Source: a bacterium (lineage in GTDB: Bacteria; Electryoneota; Electryoneia; Electryoneales; Electryoneaceae). From it: 64,000 bases of DNA. The notes under the pieces were generated by a model, which did no database searches, was not told the origin of the DNA, and saw nothing but the letters and a program-made list of their open reading frames with translations. The translations under genes were made by a program, and so were the position numbers. The stretch lies in the NCBI GenBank assembly GCA_963675295.2, contig CAXXKJ010000002.1:2848001-2912000 (forward strand), given 5' to 3'. Below, piece after piece: positions 53,315-61,943 of this stretch (positions are counted from its first letter, which is position 1; each line of letters begins with the position of its first letter).

Positions 53315-55516
53315 TCAGGCCGGAGCCGGTTCACGGGCGGGTCTCCGCTTCTTCTGCTGTGCGGGTTTCCGCTCCGGTTCACTGGCTGGATTCCGCGGCG
53401 GCTGCATCGTGATCAGCCCCACCGATTCGACCTGCACGTTGACCAGCAATTCACCGTAAGATAGTACGATAAGTTGTGGTAAAACAGGCTCAGTCAGTTT
53501 CCTGAACGCTTGCCGGATCGTGGGCGACGTGACCACAATCGGCTGCCGTCCACTGTTCGTCATCTGATCCACTTGCTTCGACAGGCTGGCGTAGATCGCG
53601 TTGATTTTCTGCGGCGGCAGGTCAATCACACCGAACTGTCCCTGGCGGCTTGACTGCTGAGCCGCGTCGGACAAGGTCTGTTCCACCTCCGGATCCAACG
53701 TCAGCGAGTACAGTTTGCCGTCGTCATCCACGAACTTCTGCGTGATTGTCGGCGACAACGCATAGCGCACGTATTCCACGAGAATGTCGGTGTCCTTGGT
53801 CATCGGGACGTAGTCGGACAGGGTCTCGAGAATCATGCCGAGGTCGCGGATTGGTATACCCTCACGCAGCAGCCGCTGCAGCACCTTATGCACCGCCCCG
53901 ACGCTCATCAAATTCGGAATCAGCTCTTCGACCACGGTCGGATTGTCCGTCTTCAGGTTCTCGATCAGGGTGTGGACATCTTTGCGTGTCAGCAGCTTGT
54001 ACGCGTTGTTCTTGATCACCTCGACAATGTGCGTCGCGAGCACGGCGGTCGGTTCGACGACAGTGTAGCCGGCATTCTCAGCACGTGCCTTGTTCTTCTG
54101 GTTAACCCACAGTGCGGGCAGACCGTAGGTCGGTTCCTTGGTCGCGGTGCCGTCGATTTTCTCGGTGGCGGTGCCCGGGTTCAACGCGAGGAAATGACCC
54201 ATCCGCAGATCGCCACGGGCGATTTCGTTGCCGCGAATCTTGAGCACGTACTCGTTCGGCTTCAGCTGGATATTATCCCGGATACGAATCGGCGGGATCA
54301 CCAGCCCCATCTGCATCGCCTGCTGCTTGCGGATCTGCGTGATCCGGCTGAGCAAGTCACCTTCCTGGTCTTTATCGACAAGTGGGATCAGGCTGTAGCC
54401 GATTTCCAGCTCCATCGGATCAACGTAGAGGTAATCCTCGATCTTGTCGCTCTCCGTCCTCGGCGTGGTGCCTTCGATAGCTGCAACCTCCATCTCCTGA
54501 TCTTTCTCACGCTTTGATTGCACCGTGCGGTAGGAAATCCAACCGAGGATCGCGGAGAGGATCACGAACGGGATCGTCGGCATGCCCGGAATTATCGAGA
54601 AGAACAGCGCCACACCAGCTGCGATAAATCCGGCGCGCGGATGCATCAGCATCTGCCCGGCGAATTCACGGCCCATCTCCATTTCCGAGGCGGCACGTGA
54701 AACGATCAAACCGGCGGAAACGGAAATAATCAGCGCCGGAATCTGCGAGACAAGACCGTCACCAATGGTCAGGATCGAGTAAGTTTGCAGCGCCTGGCCG
54801 ATTTGCATATCGCGCTGGAAGAAGCCGATCGCGAGACCGCCGAGAATGTTGATCGCGGTGATAATCAGGCCAGCCATGGCGTCCCCGCGGACGAATTTCG
54901 CGGCACCGTCCATCGCGCCGTAAAAGTCGGCTTCGCGGCGGATGTCTTCACGGCGACGATTGGCTTCCTCTTCCTCGATCAGTCCGTTGTTCATGTCGGC
55001 GTCGACCGCCATCTGCTTACCAGGCATGGCGTCCAGGGTAAACCGCGCGGCGACTTCCGCGATACGGCCCGACCCCTTGGTGATGACCATGAAGTTGATC
55101 AGCACGAGAATCAGGAAGATGACAACACCAACGACGAAATTTCCGGCTACAACGAACGAGCCGAACGATTCGATGATCTTCCCGGCGTAGGCTTCGCCGA
55201 GGATCATACGGGTCGTGGCAACGTTCAAACCGAGCCGGAACAGGGTGAGCAACAGCAACAGGGCCGGGAACACGCTGAAGTCCAGTGCGCGGTCCATGTA
55301 CAGCGTAACCATCAGCACCACCAGCGCGGTGGTAATGTTCATCGCAAGGAAAAAGTCGATCAGGGACGACGGGATCGGAATGATCATCAACAGGATCACG
55401 CCGACCGCGGCAACCGCGAGAACAACGTCCGCCCGTTTCGTCAGTTGATCGAGAAACGGCGACTGCTCGAGCTTCTGCTTTGTGCTGAGGTATCCTTTGG
55501 ACTGGGCTTCGGCCAT
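53315..55516 (-). CDS. flhA: Export apparatus FlhA
   Basis: FRLGLNVATTR, RIAEVAARFTLDAMPGKQM, FYGAMDGAAKFVRGD and GDGLVSQIP motifs. Confidence 0.98.
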   Translation of the reverse strand: MAEAQSKGYLSTKQKLEQSPFLDQLTKRADVVLAVAAVGVILLMIIPIPSSLIDFFLAMNITTALVVLMVTLYMDRALDFSVFPALLLLLTLFRLGLNVATTRMILGEAYAGKIIESFGSFVVAGNFVVGVVIFLILVLINFMVITKGSGRIAEVAARFTLDAMPGKQMAVDADMNNGLIEEEEANRRREDIRREADFYGAMDGAAKFVRGDAMAGLIITAINILGGLAIGFFQRDMQIGQALQTYSILTIGDGLVSQIPALIISVSAGLIVSRAASEMEMGREFAGQMLMHPRAGFIAAGVALFFSIIPGMPTIPFVILSAILGWISYRTVQSKREKDQEMEVAAIEGTTPRTESDKIEDYLYVDPMELEIGYSLIPLVDKDQEGDLLSRITQIRKQQAMQMGLVIPPIRIRDNIQLKPNEYVLKIRGNEIARGDLRMGHFLALNPGTATEKIDGTATKEPTYGLPALWVNQKNKARAENAGYTVVEPTAVLATHIVEVIKNNAYKLLTRKDVHTLIENLKTDNPTVVEELIPNLMSVGAVHKVLQRLLREGIPIRDLGMILETLSDYVPMTKDTDILVEYVRYALSPTITQKFVDDDGKLYSLTLDPEVEQTLSDAAQQSSRQGQFGVIDLPPQKINAIYASLSKQVDQMTNSGRQPIVVTSPTIRQAFRKLTEPVLPQLIVLSYGELLVNVQVESVGLITMQPPRNPASEPERKPAQQKKRRPAREPAPA

Positions 55517-55551
55517 GTCAGTTATCAGTCGTCTGTCATCAGTGGTCAGTG
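55517..55551. repeat. Heptamer array RTCAGTN x5 abutting the flhA start codon
   Basis: gtcagtt atcagtc gtctgtc atcagtg gtcagtg. Confidence 0.8.
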
Positions 55552-55601
55552 AAAAACAAACACCTTCGAGCTCACAGCATCCTGCTGGTTGTAACGGTCC
55601 A

Positions 55602-55666
55602 GGGACAGCTGAACAGCTTGAGCAAGCTCAAGTTCTTCCCAAAACTTGAAACTGTTCACCTGTCCC
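55602..55666. repeat. Imperfect inverted repeat built of ~8-nt units between flhB and flhA
   Basis: GGGACAG/CTGTCCC, TGAACAG/CTGTTCA and TCAAGTT/AACTTGA nested pairs. Confidence 0.7.
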
Positions 55667-55698
55667 CGTTGACATGAAAGCAATCCCGGGGCCAATGG

Positions 55699-56790
55699 CT
55701 AAGCCATTGTTTCTTCTAGCTCTTCTTCTTCCCGGAGACGGTAGATCTGGGCGATAATTTCCGCCACATCCTGGTAGAATTCGCCGGGGATCTCGTCCCC
55801 GATCTCACAGTGCTTGTACAGCGACCGCGCCAACGGTGGACTCTCAATCACCGGGATGCCGTGTTCGCGGGCGACTTCCTTGATCCGTTGCGCCAGCTTG
55901 CGCAAACCCTTCCCGACAACACGCGGCGCATCCATCGTTTCCGGATCGTATTTGAGGGCAACTGCTACGTGCGTCGGGTTGGTGACGACCACATCCGCCT
56001 GCGGCAGTTCCTTGATCATCCGGTTGAACGCGATGCGGAACTGTAGCTGCCGCTGCTGGTTCTTCACCTTCGGATCGCCTTCCATCATCTTGCGCTCGTC
56101 CTTCACCTCCTGCTTCGACATCTTCAGGTTCTCGATGTACTTGTACTTCTGATAGCTGAAGTCGATGATCGCGAGAATCAACAGCACAACGACGGTCCAG
56201 ACCATCACCTTGAGGATGGTGCGGACGAGAAACAGGAAAATTGCCGGGACTTCGGCGTCCATCAGCGGAAGAAATTTCGGGTACTCATGGCGAACAACAG
56301 CGAAGGCGACATACCCGATCAAGGTCACCTTGATGATGTTCATCAACAGCTTGACCAGCGCCTGCTGGTTGAACAGGTTCTTCATCCCCTTGAACGGATT
56401 CAGGCGTTCGAACTTCGGTTTCAGCGCTTTCTGCGAGAACAGAAAACCGAACTGCATCAGACTGGCACTGACACCGATGATCGGGATGAGGATGAAGAAC
56501 GGGGCAATGGTTCCCAGCAGGTATTTCGCGGTACCGTCGATGTAAGCGCGGAAATTCGACCCATCCAGCTGGATCTCGTCAAGACTGAGGTACATCCCGC
56601 TGGCAAACTCCATCAGCCGGGTCAACACGTAGCCACCGAAAATCGCGAGCAGAGACAACCCGCCGATCAGCACCAACGCGCTGTTCAGGTCCTGAGAGCG
56701 AGGGACGTTCCCGTCGTTACGGGCGTCTCGTTTTCGCTTCTCAGTTGGTTTTTCTGTTTTTTCCTGACCTTGCTCGTTTTCTTTTGGCAT
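55699..56790 (-). CDS. flhB: Export apparatus FlhB
   Basis: EKTEKPT, KMSKQEVKDE..EGDP and the NPTH autocleavage motif. Confidence 0.98.
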   Translation of the reverse strand: MPKENEQGQEKTEKPTEKRKRDARNDGNVPRSQDLNSALVLIGGLSLLAIFGGYVLTRLMEFASGMYLSLDEIQLDGSNFRAYIDGTAKYLLGTIAPFFILIPIIGVSASLMQFGFLFSQKALKPKFERLNPFKGMKNLFNQQALVKLLMNIIKVTLIGYVAFAVVRHEYPKFLPLMDAEVPAIFLFLVRTILKVMVWTVVVLLILAIIDFSYQKYKYIENLKMSKQEVKDERKMMEGDPKVKNQQRQLQFRIAFNRMIKELPQADVVVTNPTHVAVALKYDPETMDAPRVVGKGLRKLAQRIKEVAREHGIPVIESPPLARSLYKHCEIGDEIPGEFYQDVAEIIAQIYRLREEEELEETMA

Positions 56791-56846
56791 TGGGCAGCCA
56801 TTTCCCGGGATTTCACGAGAGAGTCATGCGAAGACGTGATGAGACG

Positions 56847-56863
56847 AGCAAATGCGGGTCCAA
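56847..56863 (-). promoter_or_regulatory. sigma54 promoter upstream of flhB
   Basis: TTGGACCCGCATTTGCT: GG-N10-GC. An AT-rich, IHF-like tract lies at 56936-56980. Confidence 0.6.
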
Positions 56864-57023
56864 TGAGGAGATGCCTGAATTGAAGGCGAGGATGACACCG
56901 GTAGCAGAAACTATGGGATGAGTAGTCGGTGTTCACAAACTATTAAATAACAAATAGTAAAACACAAACAATGAATATGCGGGTGATCAGAGAATGCAGA
57001 CTCCCCCGCGTATGGCGACAAAC

Positions 57024-57806
57024 TCACCCGACCATCGCTCGGAGAAAATCAATCACACTCCCTTCCCATCCCCGGAAGATCTTGCCGAACACATAGACCA
57101 CCATCGGCAACGCGATGCTGAGCGTCAACAGGCCGGCCATGATCTTGAGCGGGAAGCCGATGATCCAGACGTTCATCTGCGGTACCGTCCGTGCCATCAT
57201 ACCGAGCGCAAATTCGGAAACCAGGATCGTGATCAACACTGGTGCAGCAACCTTGATGCCGACGCTGAAGATCTCGCCGCTGAGGCGGGCAAATCCCCAG
57301 ATCGCTTCGTCGGATAACGCACCGGTCCCGATCGGAATCCGCACGAACGATTCATCGACCGCCTGGAGTAGAAAGTGATGGCCGTTCATCATCAGGAACA
57401 GCACAAGGGTAAACATGGTCAGCAGCTGGCCGAGCACCGGCATGTGTTCTTCACTGAACGGGTCAATTGCGTTGATCATGCCGAAGCCCATCGAGTGCCC
57501 CATCACATGCCCGGCGAACTGAACGCCGGTAAAAATGAAGACAGTCACCAGTCCGATGGATAGCCCGATAAACACCTCGCGAATGACGACGCCGAAGAAT
57601 TCGAGCACACCCGGCGCGAGGGTCAACTGCATCTCCGGGTGCAGGGGGAACAGTGCCGAGGTGACAAAAAACGCCACCGCGACACGCGCGGTGACGGGGA
57701 TTGAGTTGTAGCCGAACACCGGCATTACCATCAGCATGCTGCTGATGCGAAACAGCATCAGGAACCAGCGTTCCAGCTCATCAATGGTGTAGTTGAGCAA
57801 CTCCAC
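57024..57806 (-). CDS. fliR: Export gate FliR
   Basis: R...MPVFG, E..IG, AG..MG, NGHH and ARTVPQMNV..GFPLK motifs. Confidence 0.96.
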   Translation of the reverse strand: MELLNYTIDELERWFLMLFRISSMLMVMPVFGYNSIPVTARVAVAFFVTSALFPLHPEMQLTLAPGVLEFFGVVIREVFIGLSIGLVTVFIFTGVQFAGHVMGHSMGFGMINAIDPFSEEHMPVLGQLLTMFTLVLFLMMNGHHFLLQAVDESFVRIPIGTGALSDEAIWGFARLSGEIFSVGIKVAAPVLITILVSEFALGMMARTVPQMNVWIIGFPLKIMAGLLTLSIALPMVVYVFGKIFRGWEGSVIDFLRAMVG

Positions 57807-57829
57807 GATGGTTCCTCAATCGTCCACGA

Positions 57830-59149
57830 TCAGATTGTGCTCTTGGCGGGTTCTTCCTTATCCGCCACCAGCACTCTGATCCGTCCGCTGATCGGGTCGA
57901 CCTGCTGAATGTCCTGGATCGACTTGATGTTGCTCTCAGTGAGCATCTGCGAACGCGGCAGCAGGAAGATGCCCTTGCCGGTTTTCAAGTCGTCGGACAG
58001 GATCATGCCCGCCTTCAACTCGTGGAAGAAGACTTCGAGCTCACGCTTCGGCGTCTCGACCTTTTCTTCGTCTGCGAAGATGATGTCGAACATGACGTCG
58101 ATGAACTGCGGATCGAACTGGATGTTCGAATTGTTGCGGAAGTATTTCAGGATGAACGGACGGCTGTTGCCATCCTCCCTGTTTTTCAGGCGGAAGTAGG
58201 TATTGCACACCGCAAGCAGCCGCGACTCTTCCGGAATGTCTTCCTTCTTCAAGCCGTCCGGGAAGCCGGACCCGTCGTACCACTCGTCCTGATGCCTTAC
58301 AATCAACGCCGCTTCTTCGAACGCGGGAATCGTGCTCAGCATCGTCTGCGCCATGATCGGATGATGCCGGATCAAGCGGCGTTCATCCTCGCTGAGGTAC
58401 TGCGATTGCCGGTTCAACACGGCGTCCGGGATTCCCATCTTGCCGGCGTTGAGCATCAGTGCGGCGATTTCCAGCTTGCGGATGCGTTCCTCGGTCCAAT
58501 CCAGTTTCTTCGCGATGTTGACCGCAAGTTGCGCCAGCGAGCGATTGTCGCGGCAGAGGACGGGACGGCTGATCTCCATCATGTTGATGGTGAAGCGGAC
58601 GGTGCTGACCAGCGATTTTTCCAGCTCGGCATTCAGCTTGCCCAGTTCGATGTTCTTCTTCGCGATGATCGCCGTGCGTTCTTTCACGCGTGCGGTGAGT
58701 TGATCGTTGACGGAGTTCAGTTGCTCGTTCTTGTCGTGCAGTTCCGCCATCAGCTCTTCGTTGCGGCGTTCGAGCTTGAAATGGTGGATGGCACGGCGAA
58801 CCGTGGACCGCAGTTCTTCATCGTTCCATGGTTTGAACACGAAATGGTAGATATTTCCGGTGTTGATCGCATCGACCGCCGCGCCCATATCGGCGAATCC
58901 GGTGAGGATGATGCGCTTTGTTTCCGGCTTGACCTTGACGACTTCGCTGAACAGCTGCGTGCCGGTCATCCCGGGCATGCGCTGGTCAGAAACGATGAGT
59001 ACGACGTCGTTTTCCTTGATAAACTCAAGGGCTTCGGACGCCTGGGTAAACGTCTCGATGTCGTACTCGTCCTCAAAAAACACGCGCTGCAGTGCTTTCA
59101 GGATGTTGGGTTCGTCGTCGACGAAGACGAGTTGGACGTTTTCATACAT
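57830..59149 (-). CDS. Response regulator with coiled coil and degenerate HD-GYP domain
   Basis: REC motifs VDDE, SDQRMP and KPW. HD-GYP scaffold carries LN in place of HD, HQDE in place of HHE, and GSGFP. Confidence 0.88.
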   Translation of the reverse strand: MYENVQLVFVDDEPNILKALQRVFFEDEYDIETFTQASEALEFIKENDVVLIVSDQRMPGMTGTQLFSEVVKVKPETKRIILTGFADMGAAVDAINTGNIYHFVFKPWNDEELRSTVRRAIHHFKLERRNEELMAELHDKNEQLNSVNDQLTARVKERTAIIAKKNIELGKLNAELEKSLVSTVRFTINMMEISRPVLCRDNRSLAQLAVNIAKKLDWTEERIRKLEIAALMLNAGKMGIPDAVLNRQSQYLSEDERRLIRHHPIMAQTMLSTIPAFEEAALIVRHQDEWYDGSGFPDGLKKEDIPEESRLLAVCNTYFRLKNREDGNSRPFILKYFRNNSNIQFDPQFIDVMFDIIFADEEKVETPKRELEVFFHELKAGMILSDDLKTGKGIFLLPRSQMLTESNIKSIQDIQQVDPISGRIRVLVADKEEPAKSTI

Positions 59150-59151
59150 GT

Positions 59152-60912
59152 TTAATTGTCCACCTTGTTTTCAAACGCCCTGCCGTCAGTAGGCAGGATG
59201 ATCCTGAATGTTGTGCCCTTGCCCGGTTCGCTGTCAACTTCGATTTCACCACCATGTTCCTGGACAATCCGGTAGCTGATCGACAGGCCGAGCCCCGTAC
59301 CCTTGCCGATTTCCTTTGTGGTGAAGAACGCATCAAAGATCTTTGAGCGGGTTTCCTCATCCATGCCGCTGCCGTTGTCTTCAATTTCAAGCGCCACCAT
59401 GGAATCGCCACGGTCGTGTGTTCGCACGATGATCTTGCCTGGGGGGTCGTCGATGGCGTGCGCGGCGTTGACCAGGATGTTGAGGAACACCTGGTTCAGT
59501 TGCTGCGGATTGCAGGTGACAGCCGGGATTCCGGTGTATTCCTTCTCGACCTCGGCTTTGTACTTGATCTCGTTCCAGACGATGTTCAGCGTGCTGTCCA
59601 GCGCCTGTTCGAGGTCAGACTCCATGATCTGGGAACGGTCGATGTTGCTGACGTTCTTCAGGTCCTTGACAATGGTGCTGACGCGCTGGGTGCCGTCAAT
59701 CGACTCATCCAGCAACTCCCCGAGATCCTCGAGGATGAAGTCAACCTTCGCCTTTTTCCAGACCTGCTGAATCTCCTCGTCGCCGTCCAGCTTGTCCTTC
59801 ATCGTGTGCAGGACGTCCGACACTTTGGCCACATACTTCTTCAGCGAGTTGAGGTTGGAATGGACAAACCCGATCGGGTTGTTGATCTCATGGGCGACAC
59901 CGGCGGCAAGTTGACCGATCGACGCCATTTTCTCCGAGGAGATCAACTGCGCCTGGGCGTTGCTCAGATCGTGCAACGTTTTTTCCAGCTGCTGGTTGCG
60001 GTCGGACAATTCCTTCGTCCGTGCCTCGACCAGTTTTTCAAGGTTCTCGGTGTGTTTCTTGACTTCCCGTTCGAGCTTCTTCTGCTCGGTGATGTCTTTC
60101 GCGATGCACAGTGCACCGATAATGTTCTCGTTCTTGTCGGACAAGGTACCGACGGACATCGAGACCACGATCAACACGCCGTCATTGCGTTTGACAATCG
60201 CCTCGCTGTGTTGAATGTCGCCGGGCTTGAGCTCATCGACGGAGACGCCGAACGGTCCATCCTGATCATTATCATCCGGCGGGAACAGCAGCCGGGTGTG
60301 TTCGCCCCGCATGTCTTCGGCGGAATAACCGAACAGGCGAGCCGCGCCCTGGTTGAACAGTGAGATTCGTCCGCCACGTCCCGCCGCGATTATCGCGTAA
60401 TCACGAGATGAATCGAGAACGGACTGCAGGAAGTTTTTTGTTTCGGTCAGCTCGGCGGTCCGTTTCCGGACAATCCGCTCGAGGTTTTTCTGGTATTCCT
60501 GGTTCTCACGGGTGAGACGGTGGCGCTCCATCGCCTTGCGCACGGTGAGGAACAGCTCCTCCATATTCATCGGTTTCTGGAGGTAGTCGTACGCACCTTT
60601 CTTCAGCGCCTCGATAGCGCTTTCCTGCGTACCCAGACCAGTCAAGACAATGACTTCGATGTCTGGATCGAGCTTGTGCGCTTCGTCCAACACTTGCAGC
60701 CCGTCCATCACCGGCATCATCAAGTCGGTGAGGATGACATGGATGTTGTTTTCCGGGATGAACAGGTCCATCCCTTCCTGCCCGTTCTCGGCGGGATACA
60801 CCTTGTATCCGCCGTACTCGAGGGCTTGAGTGAGCAAGGTACGGACGCTCTCCTCGTCATCGATGACGAGAATCCCGGGGGCTCTTTCTTCGTCTTTGTC
60901 GACCTGGTGCAT
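59152..60912 (-). CDS. Cytoplasmic hybrid sensor kinase (REC-PAS-HisKA-HATPase)
   Basis: IDDE..TDLMMP REC; PAS ([11 protein letters not shown]); AHEINNP H-box; N, G1, F and G2 boxes (GKGTGLGL). No TM segment. Confidence 0.93.
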   Translation of the reverse strand: MHQVDKDEERAPGILVIDDEESVRTLLTQALEYGGYKVYPAENGQEGMDLFIPENNIHVILTDLMMPVMDGLQVLDEAHKLDPDIEVIVLTGLGTQESAIEALKKGAYDYLQKPMNMEELFLTVRKAMERHRLTRENQEYQKNLERIVRKRTAELTETKNFLQSVLDSSRDYAIIAAGRGGRISLFNQGAARLFGYSAEDMRGEHTRLLFPPDDNDQDGPFGVSVDELKPGDIQHSEAIVKRNDGVLIVVSMSVGTLSDKNENIIGALCIAKDITEQKKLEREVKKHTENLEKLVEARTKELSDRNQQLEKTLHDLSNAQAQLISSEKMASIGQLAAGVAHEINNPIGFVHSNLNSLKKYVAKVSDVLHTMKDKLDGDEEIQQVWKKAKVDFILEDLGELLDESIDGTQRVSTIVKDLKNVSNIDRSQIMESDLEQALDSTLNIVWNEIKYKAEVEKEYTGIPAVTCNPQQLNQVFLNILVNAAHAIDDPPGKIIVRTHDRGDSMVALEIEDNGSGMDEETRSKIFDAFFTTKEIGKGTGLGLSISYRIVQEHGGEIEVDSEPGKGTTFRIILPTDGRAFENKVDN

Positions 60913-60913
60913 G

Positions 60914-61180
60914 TCAGTTGACTTGTGAGATGTAAGCGTAAATCAAGTTGACGAATTTGAACATGATCCCGAGCATCCACGGTGCAAGCAGAATCAGCAC
61001 GGTCACCACGGTGAGGATCTTTGGGATGAAGGTCAGTGTCATCTCCTGTACCTGCGTCACCGACTGCAGCAGGCTGATCCCCACACCCACAACCAGGCCG
61101 GAGAGGAGCATCGGTCCCGCGATAATCAGCGCGGTGAAAAGCGTTTCACGCACAATTTCGATGGCGAGTTGTTCAGTCAT
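60914..61180 (-). CDS. fliQ: Export gate FliQ
   Basis: QSVTQVQEMTLTFIPK motif. Confidence 0.97.
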   Translation of the reverse strand: MTEQLAIEIVRETLFTALIIAGPMLLSGLVVGVGISLLQSVTQVQEMTLTFIPKILTVVTVLILLAPWMLGIMFKFVNLIYAYISQVN

Positions 61181-61938
61181 CGGAAACTCTGCACCATGGA
61201 TTCAACGACCAGGTACCAGCCGTCCACGAGCACGAACAGTAGCAATTTGAACGGCAGAGATATCATCACCGGGGGCAGCATCATCATCCCCATTGACATC
61301 AGGACGGACGCCACCACCATATCAACAATCAGCATCGGCATATAAATCAGGAACCCGATCTGGAACCCGATACGCAACTCACTGATGATGAACGCGGGAA
61401 TGATGACCCGCATCGGCAGTTGATCCGGATTGTCCGGCTGTGAAATTTCTGCAACCCGGACAAACAGGGCGAGGTCCTTCTCTCGAGTCTGCCCCAGCAT
61501 GAAATCGCGCAATGGTTCCTGGGCACGGTCCCAGGCCTGTTCGAGCGTGATCTCCTGCTTGGAATAGGGAGTCCACGCGTTATCGTGAATGTCGGTGATC
61601 ACCGGCGCCATGATAAACACGGTGAGGAACAGCGACAGGCCGACAATCATCTGGTTCGGGGGTAGCGACTGCGTGCTCAACGCCTGGCGCAGGAAGTGAA
61701 AGGCAACAATCAGGCGAACAAAACTGGTGGTCATAATCAGTATCGACGGAGCCAGGGTGAGTACGGTCAGCAGCAGCAGGATCTGAATCGTGACCGCCAG
61801 ATCGGCCGGGCCGGTAGCTGGATCAACATCCAGCGTGATGGCCGGCAGACCGGGAGTCTGTGCCCGTGCGGACGGAATCATCAGGACCGCGGCCAGCACA
61901 ACCAGTCCCAGGCTCAGTGTAAGCCATCTGCGCTTCAT
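61177..61938 (-). CDS. fliP: Export gate FliP
   Basis: TSFVR, LRQAL..PPNQ, PAFIISEL and MGMMMLPP..SLPFKLLLFVLVDGW motifs. Confidence 0.98.
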   Translation of the reverse strand: MKRRWLTLSLGLVVLAAVLMIPSARAQTPGLPAITLDVDPATGPADLAVTIQILLLLTVLTLAPSILIMTTSFVRLIVAFHFLRQALSTQSLPPNQMIVGLSLFLTVFIMAPVITDIHDNAWTPYSKQEITLEQAWDRAQEPLRDFMLGQTREKDLALFVRVAEISQPDNPDQLPMRVIIPAFIISELRIGFQIGFLIYMPMLIVDMVVASVLMSMGMMMLPPVMISLPFKLLLFVLVDGWYLVVESMVQSFR

Positions 61939-61943
61939 TAGCG

